Positions 6,972-14,107 of a stretch of DNA of 14,107 bases are shown in pieces (the first letter of the stretch is position 1; the number at the start of each line of letters is the position of its first letter). Origin of the DNA: Candidatus Micrarchaeia archaeon (GTDB lineage Archaea > Micrarchaeota > Micrarchaeia > Micrarchaeales > CABMGC01); NCBI GenBank assembly GCA_049966395.1, contig JBMFUT010000019.1:1-14107 (forward strand), written 5' to 3'. The notes under the pieces were generated by a model. The model was not told the DNA's origin. It worked only from the letters and a program-made list of their open reading frames with translations, and did no database searches. A program made the translations under genes and the position numbers.

Positions 6972-9815
6972 ATGATAAATTATAGTGCTATAGAGGAAAA
7001 GTGGCAGAAAGCGTGGGCAGAATCCAAGGTTTTTGAGCCTAATGTTAACGACAAGAAGGAGCCGTATATGGTTTTTGGGGCTTTCCCCTATGTTAACTCG
7101 CCGCAGCACATAGGCCATCTGAGGACATATGGAACCGCAGATGTAAATGCAAGGTACAAGCGCATGCGCGGCTACAACGTGCTTTTCCCGATGGGGCTGC
7201 ACGCAACAGGCACTCCTATACTTGCATTTGCCAAGAGAATATTGCAAAATGACAAAGAGCTCATAGAGGAGCTCAAGAACTTTGAAATCAGCGAAAGTGA
7301 CATAAAGTCAATGACTACCCCAGAAGCGATAGCCGCATATTTTATAAGGGAAGTTCCAAAAGAAATGCAGAGCGCTGGGCTGAGCATAGATTGGAGCAGG
7401 GCATTCATATCTACCGATCGTTTCTTCAGCAAGTTCGTCGAATGGCAGTTTGGAATATTGAATTCTAAAGGTTTTTTTGTTCAGGGGAGACATCCTGTAG
7501 GATGGTGCCCAAACGAGAACAACGCCGTGGGCATGCACGACACCATGCATGACATAGAACCCGAAATAGAGCAGGTTACAGCAATAAAATTCAAGGTTAT
7601 TGGCGAGGATGCCTACATGCTTTGCGCAACCTACAGGCCAGAAACAATATTCGGGGTTACAAATATTTTCGTTAATGAAAATGCAAAGTATTCGCTGTGC
7701 AACTTTAATGGCGAGAAATATTACATCGCGACAGCCGCTGCAGAGCTTTTGGGCTACCAGATGAAATTAGAAATAGTCGGCTCAATCGATGGCAAGGAGA
7801 TGCTGGCAAAGAAGTGCGAAAATCCGGTTGACGGATCCGAGCTGCCCGTGCTTCCGGGTTTCTTCGTAAAGGAGGATGTCGGCACTGGAATAGTTATGAG
7901 CGTGCCAGCGCATGCCCCATTCGACTATGCTGCTCTTGAAAGACTCAAAGCCAGCGGATACAAAATGCCTGACATAAAGCCTAAAAAAATAATCGAAGTC
8001 AACATAGGCAGAACGCTGGTAGACGTAAGTAGCGGCGCAGTAAAGCCAACGCATAACGAGACGCCTGCGCTCGCATACCTTGAAGTGCTTAATACAAATG
8101 TCAACGCCATAGATGACATGCTGGAATTCGCCACTAAACTGCAATATAGGGAAGAATCAAACTGGGGCAAAATGCTTGTCGGAGGATACGAGGGCATGGC
8201 GGAGAAAGAGGCAAGGCCGAAAGTCGAGCAAAACTTGCTGAACAGTGGAAAGGCAATAAGGATTTACATGCTTACCAATGCGCCTGTAAGGTGCAGGTGC
8301 GGAGCCAACGTAGTTGTAAAGGTAGTTGACGACCAGTGGTTCCTTAACTATGGCAATGCAGCGTGGAAGGAAGCGGCAAAAGAGGCTTTTGGAAAAATTA
8401 CGGTACTCCCAGAAGTTCTCAGAAATGCGTTTTCGGCTGCAATAGACTGGATAAACCTCAGGGCGGTTGCACGCGCGCAGGGACTTGGTACCAGATTCCC
8501 TCTTGATAAAAGATTTATCATAGAATCGCTGTCTGACTCAACAATCTACATGGCTTTCTACACTATCTCAAACATTGTCAGGAATATAGATCCAGAAAAG
8601 CTCAAGCCAGAGTTTTTCGACTTCGTTTTTCTAGGCAAGGGCGACGCTGAGGCGGTTGCAAAAGCCACGGGCATTGACTATGACATAATAAACGAGTGCA
8701 GGGAGTCTTTCACTTACTGGTACAGGAATACTGCAAGCCATTCAGGTTCAGACCTGGTATTCAACCACCTTACCATGTACATATTCAATCACGCCGCGAT
8801 TTTCAGCAAAGAGTACTGGCCTAAGCAGATAATCGTGAGCGGCACAGTGCTGAGCGAAGGAGAGAAGATGAGCAAAAGCCTTGGCAACATAGTGCCCCTA
8901 GTCTCGGCAATAAGGAAATACGGAGCGGATCCCCTTAGGATGGTCGTTGTGGGCGGAGCGGATCTTATAAGTGACAGCGAATTTAGCAACAGCGCAGTAA
9001 ATGGCGTAAGGGAGAGGTTCGAATATCTGTATTCCGTAGCCGAGAATCTTCCGAACATGCAGACAGGAGGCCTTACGCATATAGACTACTGGCTTTATTC
9101 TAAGCTCAACAGAAAGATAGACGAAACGACAAAGGCCATGGACAAGCTGGAGCTCAGGAATGCTACCACAAACATATTGTACAATTCGGTAATAGATCTG
9201 AAATATTATTTTGACAGGAAGGGCTCAAACGGAATAGTGGTCAAGGAGTATTTGCAAACTATTGCGCTAATGCTTCAACCTATAGCGCCTCATTTTGCGG
9301 AAGAACTTTGGCACATGCTTGGAAACGACAGTCTGGTGGTCACAGAGTCGTGGCCAGAGCCAAACATGGAAATGGTAAACCCTAAGATAGAACTTGGGGA
9401 GGAAACGCTGCTTTCTGTGATAGAAGACGTTAAAAATGCGGCGAGCATACTCTCAAAGAAGGGAGTGCAGCCAAAAGAGGCAAGGATCATCGTTGCCAAC
9501 GAATGGAAGAGGGGGCTTGTAAATGCGCTTTCAAAAGAGAGGAATATAAGCAAGGCAATAGAGGAAACTAGAGCATCATACAAGGATGTCAATCCAGAAG
9601 CAGTTTCGAAATTCGCATCGAGATTCTCAAAGGAAGTTAACACAGTCAAGCCATCGGTGATGAGCGAGGAAGAAGAGTACAATCTTTTTTACGAGGCGAT
9701 TGATTATCTGAGTGCAGAAACAAAATGCAAAATAACGGTGGAGAAGGAAGAGGAATCGAAGTCAAAAAGAGCGGAGAGAGCATCCCCGCTCAAGCCTGGC
9801 GTAGAGATATACTAA
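6972..9815 (+). CDS. leuS: Leucine--tRNA ligase, archaeal/eukaryotic type
   Basis: FPYVNSPQHIGH, KMSKS, CP1 editing motifs ATYRPET and GTGIVMSVPAHAPFD, and IESLSDSTIYMAFYT. Probable ATG at 6972 (MINYSAIEEKWQ). Confidence 0.97.
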   Translation: MINYSAIEEKWQKAWAESKVFEPNVNDKKEPYMVFGAFPYVNSPQHIGHLRTYGTADVNARYKRMRGYNVLFPMGLHATGTPILAFAKRILQNDKELIEELKNFEISESDIKSMTTPEAIAAYFIREVPKEMQSAGLSIDWSRAFISTDRFFSKFVEWQFGILNSKGFFVQGRHPVGWCPNENNAVGMHDTMHDIEPEIEQVTAIKFKVIGEDAYMLCATYRPETIFGVTNIFVNENAKYSLCNFNGEKYYIATAAAELLGYQMKLEIVGSIDGKEMLAKKCENPVDGSELPVLPGFFVKEDVGTGIVMSVPAHAPFDYAALERLKASGYKMPDIKPKKIIEVNIGRTLVDVSSGAVKPTHNETPALAYLEVLNTNVNAIDDMLEFATKLQYREESNWGKMLVGGYEGMAEKEARPKVEQNLLNSGKAIRIYMLTNAPVRCRCGANVVVKVVDDQWFLNYGNAAWKEAAKEAFGKITVLPEVLRNAFSAAIDWINLRAVARAQGLGTRFPLDKRFIIESLSDSTIYMAFYTISNIVRNIDPEKLKPEFFDFVFLGKGDAEAVAKATGIDYDIINECRESFTYWYRNTASHSGSDLVFNHLTMYIFNHAAIFSKEYWPKQIIVSGTVLSEGEKMSKSLGNIVPLVSAIRKYGADPLRMVVVGGADLISDSEFSNSAVNGVRERFEYLYSVAENLPNMQTGGLTHIDYWLYSKLNRKIDETTKAMDKLELRNATTNILYNSVIDLKYYFDRKGSNGIVVKEYLQTIALMLQPIAPHFAEELWHMLGNDSLVVTESWPEPNMEMVNPKIELGEETLLSVIEDVKNAASILSKKGVQPKEARIIVANEWKRGLVNALSKERNISKAIEETRASYKDVNPEAVSKFASRFSKEVNTVKPSVMSEEEEYNLFYEAIDYLSAETKCKITVEKEEESKSKRAERASPLKPGVEIY

Positions 9816-10123
9816 CGTTTTATCTCAAGGAATAAAAATGGACCTTCTCCTTGAGCAGCGATTCTTGCCTCTTTTGCTTTCAAGTCCCAGTATTCGTATT
9901 TTCCGTCCCCTCTGCTATACAAATCCCTCATCTCTAATGCGACTTCAGCCGCACTTGCGAAATCTTGCTTCTGCCACAGCTCAGAATAACTCCGCTCTGC
10001 CTTTATTGCTACGTATTCTTCAAGTTTTTCGGAGAAACCTACAAAGCTGTCATATCCAGATTTGTTCATATTTACATCCCTTGTGAAACTGCTTCCACTT
10101 GCTGCGCCCATTGAATCACGCAT
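9812..10123 (-). CDS. Hypothetical protein (103 aa, predicted helical)
   Basis: Fills the gap between leuS and rpl40e, with protein-like composition. Palindromic TATA ATATTTAAATAT at 10142-10153 is about 20-25 nt upstream of the ATG. Its stop overlaps the leuS stop by 4 nt. Confidence 0.6.
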   Translation of the reverse strand: MRDSMGAASGSSFTRDVNMNKSGYDSFVGFSEKLEEYVAIKAERSYSELWQKQDFASAAEVALEMRDLYSRGDGKYEYWDLKAKEARIAAQGEGPFLFLEIKR

Positions 10124-10296
10124 TATTTCATGTGCAAACTCATATTTAAATATTGATATTTTTTGCAGAATCTAAACAAAGTTTTAGGATTTTGCAACAA
10201 TGTCGCATTTCATCAATTCCTATTTTAGCTGGCTAACAACAAGGTATATAAATATTGGTTAGAAATATTCTTTATACTAATTTGTTAGGTGTTCAT

Positions 10297-10449
10297 GTGG
10301 GTAGATTTCCAATAGCCGACGAGGAGTTGGCGAAGATATGGATATGCAAAAGGTGCAAGGCGAGGAATAGGGCTGGTGCTACAAAATGCAGAAAGTGCGG
10401 CTATAGATACCTGAGACCTAAGAAAAAGGAGCTTGCGCCAAAGAAATAA
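10297..10449 (+). CDS. rpl40e: 50S ribosomal protein L40e
   Basis: RFP...ICKRCKARN...ATKCRKCGYRYLRPKKKE zinc-ribbon pattern. GTG start at 10297 follows RBS AGGTG at 10287-10291. Confidence 0.96.
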   Translation: MGRFPIADEELAKIWICKRCKARNRAGATKCRKCGYRYLRPKKKELAPKK

Positions 10450-10466
10450 TGCTTTAGGTTGATTTA

Positions 10467-10697
10467 ATGGTAGAAACAACACCAATTGAAAAGATGGTAG
10501 TGAAGGCAATGCAGGAACTTGGCGCAACAAAGGAAAGCACACTGAAGACAGCGGACGACATAGCGAAGAAGTGCAACAGGCCAAAAGGTCTTGTGACAAA
10601 CACGCTTGTATCTCTTTCTGCTAAAGGTTTGGTCAAGCGCGTGGCAAGGGAGAAGGCCGCAGGCTATTATATAGTCGAAGGTGCGCAGATAGAATAG
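10467..10697 (+). CDS. Small basic winged-helix DNA-binding protein
   Basis: 76 aa, Lys-rich. The pattern TADDIAKK...PKGLVTNTLVSLSAKGLVKR...GYYI fits HTH plus wing. RBS-like AGGTTGA upstream. Confidence 0.8.
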   Translation: MVETTPIEKMVVKAMQELGATKESTLKTADDIAKKCNRPKGLVTNTLVSLSAKGLVKRVAREKAAGYYIVEGAQIE

Positions 10698-10703
10698 GTA
10701 GAT

Positions 10704-11165
10704 TTGTTGAGCGGAGTCGAAGAACCGGATTCTGTAGACTTCATGGCAAAGTACCGCGGATGGATAGCCATAAAGAGGATGAGCATAAAAGAAGACACGA
10801 AGCCAGAAGAGGTAGCTTTTCACCTTGCAGCCATACGCCAAACTGTAGACCGCAAAGCCTTTGAAGTGCTGGGCATAGATACCGCGTCGCTGGACGAATA
10901 CGCATCAAAACTCACGCAAAATGCCAGGAAGAGCTACAAAAATCTTGCTGACGTGTTGCAGCAATTGGGTTCAGCTGAAGCAAAGGCTGCTGCAGAGGCG
11001 GCTGCAAAAGGGAAGCAAGAGCTAGTGCAGGTTGCTTCGACATATCTTTTCAGGAAGGTCGTACAGAACCTCGGCTTCGATTTTGATGTCAATCAAGAGA
11101 TGCTCTCAAAGGCTTATCCTGAGCTTAAGATACCAAAGCCGCTTGGAAGGCATAAGAAAGAATAG
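10704..11165 (+). CDS. DUF2666-like archaeal protein of unknown function
   Basis: N-terminal FMAKYRGWIAIKRMSIKEDTKPEEVAFHLAAI resembles DUF2666 as I recall it. The C-terminus is YPELKIPKP plus a basic tail. TTG start, 6 nt after the wHTH stop. Confidence 0.7.
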   Translation: MLSGVEEPDSVDFMAKYRGWIAIKRMSIKEDTKPEEVAFHLAAIRQTVDRKAFEVLGIDTASLDEYASKLTQNARKSYKNLADVLQQLGSAEAKAAAEAAAKGKQELVQVASTYLFRKVVQNLGFDFDVNQEMLSKAYPELKIPKPLGRHKKE

Positions 11166-11171
11166 CATTCT

Positions 11172-11244
11172 GGGGAGTTAGGCTAGCTTGGTAGGCTACC
11201 AGCCTTGGGCGCTGGCGACCCGTGTTCAAATCACGGACTCCCCG
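11172..11244 (+). tRNA. tRNA-Pro (TGG), no intron, CCA not encoded
   Basis: Acceptor GGGGAGT/ACTCCCC, anticodon arm CCAGC-CTTGGGC-GCTGG, T arm CCGTG-TTCAAAT-CACGG, discriminator G at 11244. Confidence 0.96.
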
Positions 11245-11291
11245 TCTTTGCTTTTGCAAAAGCGAGATAACTTCTTTTGATTTCGTTTTTT
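11245..11291 (+). terminator. T-rich terminator region with 14-bp palindrome between tRNA-Pro and convergent proS
   Basis: Several oligo-T tracts follow the tRNA. GCTTTTGCAAAAGC is a perfect palindrome at 11250-11263. Confidence 0.4.
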
Positions 11292-11298
11292 ATCTGCA

Positions 11299-12741
11299 TT
11301 AGTAAGACCTTGCAAAGTTTGCCATGTATTCTGCCTTTTTGCCGCAATACACGCAGTTACCATGCAAATCGCCCTGGTCCATTGGCATGTTGAGTATTTT
11401 TGCTCCTGTATCTTCCTTTATTGCGTCTTCGCATTTTTGAGATCCGCACCACGGCGCATGCGCTATGCCCTTTGCCTTCTTTATGACGTCTTTCAGCTCG
11501 TCATAGCTCTCAACGTTGTGTATTCCAGCCCTAAGCTTTGCAAGCGCCCTGTCGTAAAGTTCATGTTGAATCTCAACTAGCAAGGCTTCTATTTTTTCCT
11601 TGATATTGGAGATTTGGATTTCAATCTTTTTTCCAGTATCGCGCCTCGCTGCAACCACGTAATTGCCAGCTATTTCCTTTTTGCCAACCTCTATCCTTAT
11701 TGGCACCCCTCTAAGCTCCCAATCGTTGAACTTGTAACCAGGAGTATAACCCTCTCTGCTGTCTATCTTAACCCTTATGCCGTGTAGGTGCCCTGCAACT
11801 TTGCTTGCAAAGCCTAATACCTCATCCATGTTTTCGCTGCTGAAAATCGGTATTATGACTACCTGCGGGCTGGCGACCATTGGGGGCAAAACGAGCCCTT
11901 TGTTGTCTCCATGCACTGCTACCATAACCCCTAGCTCCCTTGTGCTTATTGCAAAAGTGTTTTGCCAAGCGAACTTTTTCTTGCCGTCCTTGTCTAGAAA
12001 CTCTATTTCAAACGCCTTAGAGAAGTTTTGCCCATCGAAATGGAAGTCAGGACCCTGAATCGCCCAGCCGTCAGGCATCAGGTGTTCTATGCTGTAACTG
12101 GCAATTGCTCCAGCAAATTTTTCCTTTTCGCTCTTCCTTCCCACTATTCCCGGAAGGGCAAGATAGTCCCTAAGCGCCTTTTCATAGATTCCTAATATGA
12201 CATCGCGCTCTGCAAGCGCTTCTTCTTCTGTTGCGTATATGGTGTGCCCCTCGTTCCAGAGGAATTCCCTTGTGCGAAGGAAAGGCGTAGGATGCTTGAA
12301 TTCCCACCTTACGACGTTGTTCCAAATATTGTACCTCAACGGCAAGTCGCGCCACGAGCGTATCCATTTTGAATAGCTAGGGTATATTATCGTTTCAGAA
12401 GTTGGCCGCACAGCAAGCTTTTCGTCAAGTTTTGTCTTTCCTGCTTCAGTAACCCATGCGACTTCAGGGCTGAATCCCTCAAAATGTTCAGCTTCCCTTC
12501 TCAGATACTTCTCCGGTATGAAAAGCGGAAAATAAACATTCTCTATACCGACCCTCTTGAACTCCTTGTCAACCGCGTCAGAGAGAATTTCCCAGACTGC
12601 ATAGGCCGCAGGCCTAAATATCAGGGCTCCAGAAACATCACTTCCTTCAACGAATTCTGATTTCTTGAGAACTTCCACATACCATTCTGAGAAATTCTCC
12701 TTGCTTGTGCTAATTCCTTTGTCATCCTTCTTCGTGTCCAA
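11299..12741 (-). CDS. proS: Proline--tRNA ligase, archaeal/eukaryotic type (no INS editing domain)
   Basis: VRPTSET, motif 2 WNNVVRWE..HPTPFLRTREFLWNEGHT, motif 3 STR, anticodon domain PGYKFNDWELRGVPIRIEVG, Zn-binding CGSQKC/CVYC and terminal FARSY. TTG at 12741 after RBS GGTGG is preferred over the ORF-track TTG at 12762. Confidence 0.97.
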   Translation of the reverse strand: MDTKKDDKGISTSKENFSEWYVEVLKKSEFVEGSDVSGALIFRPAAYAVWEILSDAVDKEFKRVGIENVYFPLFIPEKYLRREAEHFEGFSPEVAWVTEAGKTKLDEKLAVRPTSETIIYPSYSKWIRSWRDLPLRYNIWNNVVRWEFKHPTPFLRTREFLWNEGHTIYATEEEALAERDVILGIYEKALRDYLALPGIVGRKSEKEKFAGAIASYSIEHLMPDGWAIQGPDFHFDGQNFSKAFEIEFLDKDGKKKFAWQNTFAISTRELGVMVAVHGDNKGLVLPPMVASPQVVIIPIFSSENMDEVLGFASKVAGHLHGIRVKIDSREGYTPGYKFNDWELRGVPIRIEVGKKEIAGNYVVAARRDTGKKIEIQISNIKEKIEALLVEIQHELYDRALAKLRAGIHNVESYDELKDVIKKAKGIAHAPWCGSQKCEDAIKEDTGAKILNMPMDQGDLHGNCVYCGKKAEYMANFARSY

Positions 12742-12754
12742 AAAACCACCGGAA

Positions 12755-13363
12755 TCAGGCAAATTTCTCTATTTGCCTCTTGAGGTAATTAACATTGTCA
12801 TGCAAATTATTAAATAAAATCCCTTTAATACCGATAGCCTCTGCCCCCTCCACGTTTTCTATATGGTCATCTATGAATATGGCTTCATCAGGCATTACTT
12901 TCATCTGCTTAACAACATACTGGAATATTTGCTTTGATGGCTTCATCATGCCGAGGTAGCAGGAAGCGAAGATTCGATCGAATTCGCTAATGTGCATTTG
13001 CTTCCCGAGATGCCTTGTAACGTACATGTACCGCGATCTATCAGCATTCGTTATAATGCCAATTCTATACTTTTTGCGCATTTCAAGCGCCAAATTTACC
13101 ACTTCTTTGTCTACGGCTGCATTTTCTCTGACAAATTGCAGCCATCTTACTTCGCTTTTCTTGATGCCGAGCCTTGCTGATACACTCTCAGTGAACTCCT
13201 TGATGCCCATTTTTCCCGCATAGCTCCTTTTTCCAAGCTTATGCAAAAGAGCCACTACTTCGCTCAATTTGGTGCCAGATATTAGAGACAGATACTCATA
13301 GTACCTTGATTCTTCAAGCCTCATCAGTACCCCGCCGATGTCGAACAAAATTACTTTCAACAT
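12755..13363 (-). CDS. HAD-superfamily hydrolase, subfamily IA (YihX-like phosphatase)
   Basis: Motif I LFDIGGVL, motif II ITN, motif III KP, motif IV FIDD..ENVEGA...G. RBS GGTGA at 13372-13368. Confidence 0.92.
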   Translation of the reverse strand: MLKVILFDIGGVLMRLEESRYYEYLSLISGTKLSEVVALLHKLGKRSYAGKMGIKEFTESVSARLGIKKSEVRWLQFVRENAAVDKEVVNLALEMRKKYRIGIITNADRSRYMYVTRHLGKQMHISEFDRIFASCYLGMMKPSKQIFQYVVKQMKVMPDEAIFIDDHIENVEGAEAIGIKGILFNNLHDNVNYLKRQIEKFA

Positions 13364-13411
13364 GCATTCACCATTTGATCTCTAAATTGCGAAAACGAAG
13401 CGATGAGATAT

Positions 13412-13888
13412 CTATTTTGCCAAATCTGCAACTTCAATCCTGAGCAAATTGCTCAAAACCGAAGGCTTCATTGCCATTATTGCATTAGGCGCCCCAGCCG
13501 CTGCCCATATCATACTAAATTTAAGCAATGATTTATCCAAAACAACTGCAACTCCATTCCTGTGCGGAAACGGAGGCACGCCGCCTATCTGGTATCCTGT
13601 TTCTTGTTTTACTTCTTCAGGTTTCATTATCTCTACTGCGGATGCATTGAGTTTTTTCCTCAGTTTTTCGATGTCAACTTTTTTGTCACCGCTTATGACA
13701 ACTACGACAGGTCTCCTCTCCCCATTTACGACACAATTAAAGGCGATACTTTTTGCTATCTCCGCGACAGTGCACCCGAGTGCATTAGCAGCCAATTCCG
13801 ACGTCCTAGTGCTTTCGCCCTCGAACACCTTTATTTCGATAGGCAATTCCTTGCTTTTTATAAACTCTTTAACGTCTTCAGTGTTCAC
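13412..13888 (-). CDS. YbaK/ProX-family aminoacyl-tRNA deacylase (trans-editing factor)
   Basis: TRTSELAANALGC...IAKS, TGYQIGGVPPF and WAAAG motifs. Likely GTG start at 13888 or 13897, below TATA TTTATAT (13929-13923). The ORF-track extension to 13948 crosses the promoter. Confidence 0.9.
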   Translation of the reverse strand: MNTEDVKEFIKSKELPIEIKVFEGESTRTSELAANALGCTVAEIAKSIAFNCVVNGERRPVVVVISGDKKVDIEKLRKKLNASAVEIMKPEEVKQETGYQIGGVPPFPHRNGVAVVLDKSLLKFSMIWAAAGAPNAIMAMKPSVLSNLLRIEVADLAK

Positions 13889-13920
13889 GCAATGCACGCA
13901 TAACAAAGAATTGACCCAAC

Positions 13921-13934
13921 AAATATAAATATTT
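13921..13934. promoter_or_regulatory. Shared bidirectional TATA element for the ybaK-HAD-proS unit and tRNA-Trp
   Basis: AAATATAAATATTT reads as a TATA box on both strands. It is about 30 nt from the tRNA 5' end and about 25-35 nt from the ybaK GTG codons. Confidence 0.5.
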
Positions 13935-13960
13935 AGATGCAATAGCACTCTTTGACTAAA

Positions 13961-14105
13961 GGGGTTGTAGCGTAACCTGGCAGCGCAGCAGGCTCCAGAT
14001 GTTTAAACCATAATTGAGCCTTTGGCGATGATGAAGATTTGGAGCTATGAATTTGTGATAGCAAGAAGTTACCTGCTGGTCGGGGTTCAAATCCCCGCAA
14101 CCCCA
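13961..14105 (+). tRNA. tRNA-Trp (CCA) with 72-nt intron at 37/38 (13999-14070)
   Basis: Acceptor GGGGTTG/CAACCCC plus A73. Anticodon stem GCAGG/CCTGC, loop CTCCAG|A split by the intron. T arm CGGGG-TTCAAAT-CCCCG. Confidence 0.95.
13999..14070 (+). ncRNA. Box C/D guide sRNA encoded in the tRNA-Trp intron (predicted Cm34 guide)
   Basis: UUGA (14014-17), GCC-UUU-GGC hairpin, AUGAUGA (14028-34), 12-nt spacer, AUGA (14047-50). AUUUGGAGCU pairs with GGCUCCAGAU of the pre-tRNA, and the D+5 rule lands on C34 (13995). Confidence 0.8.
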
Positions 14106-14107
14106 AA

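Noticed and set aside
2372..13888. Frequent GTG/TTG starts as a sign of a non-standard genetic code
   Set aside because: All conserved genes translate intact with code 11 and use TAA, TAG and TGA as stops. Alternative starts are ordinary in archaea.
4544..13928. Numerous remaining 60-170 aa ORFs opposite or overlapping the histone, aglH, mscS, leuS, proS, HAD and ybaK genes
   Set aside because: They overlap confidently identified genes and lack motifs, so they are shadow frames.
11172..14107. tRNA genes as integration sites of a mobile element
   Set aside because: No integrase, no duplicated tRNA 3' end and only housekeeping genes in view. Sequence downstream of tRNA-Trp lies outside the window.

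Overview
Gene-dense archaeal chromosomal window of mostly core genes. The archaeal assignment rests on archaeal-type DnaG, Hjc, a histone, L40e, archaeal-type LeuRS and ProRS, TATA-type promoters and an intron-containing tRNA-Trp. A DPANN/Micrarchaeota-like origin is my impression and is not demonstrated. Gene order: small dubious ORF(-), dnaG(-), small Toprim protein(-), hjc(+), DUF2079-like GT-C membrane protein(+), divergent histone(+), aglH-like GlcNAc-1-P transferase(-), mscS(+), leuS(+), ORFan(-), rpl40e(+), small wHTH protein(+), DUF2666-like protein(+), tRNA-Pro(TGG)(+), proS(-), HAD hydrolase(-), YbaK/ProX deacylase(-), tRNA-Trp(CCA)(+). I found no mobile element, CRISPR array or defence system. 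The most interesting signals are RNA-level. (1) An unannotated ~92-nt structured RNA with K-loop and C/D-box motifs lies upstream of the Toprim-dnaG operon (2379-2470, minus strand). (2) A compact 72-nt C/D guide lies inside the tRNA-Trp intron. It is predicted to direct Cm34, has a relaxed splice motif, and its second guide is not self-targeting. Also notable are a proline-decoding cluster (tRNA-Pro with G73, ProRS with a variant active-site loop, trans-editing factor) and a histone with altered DNA-contact residues.
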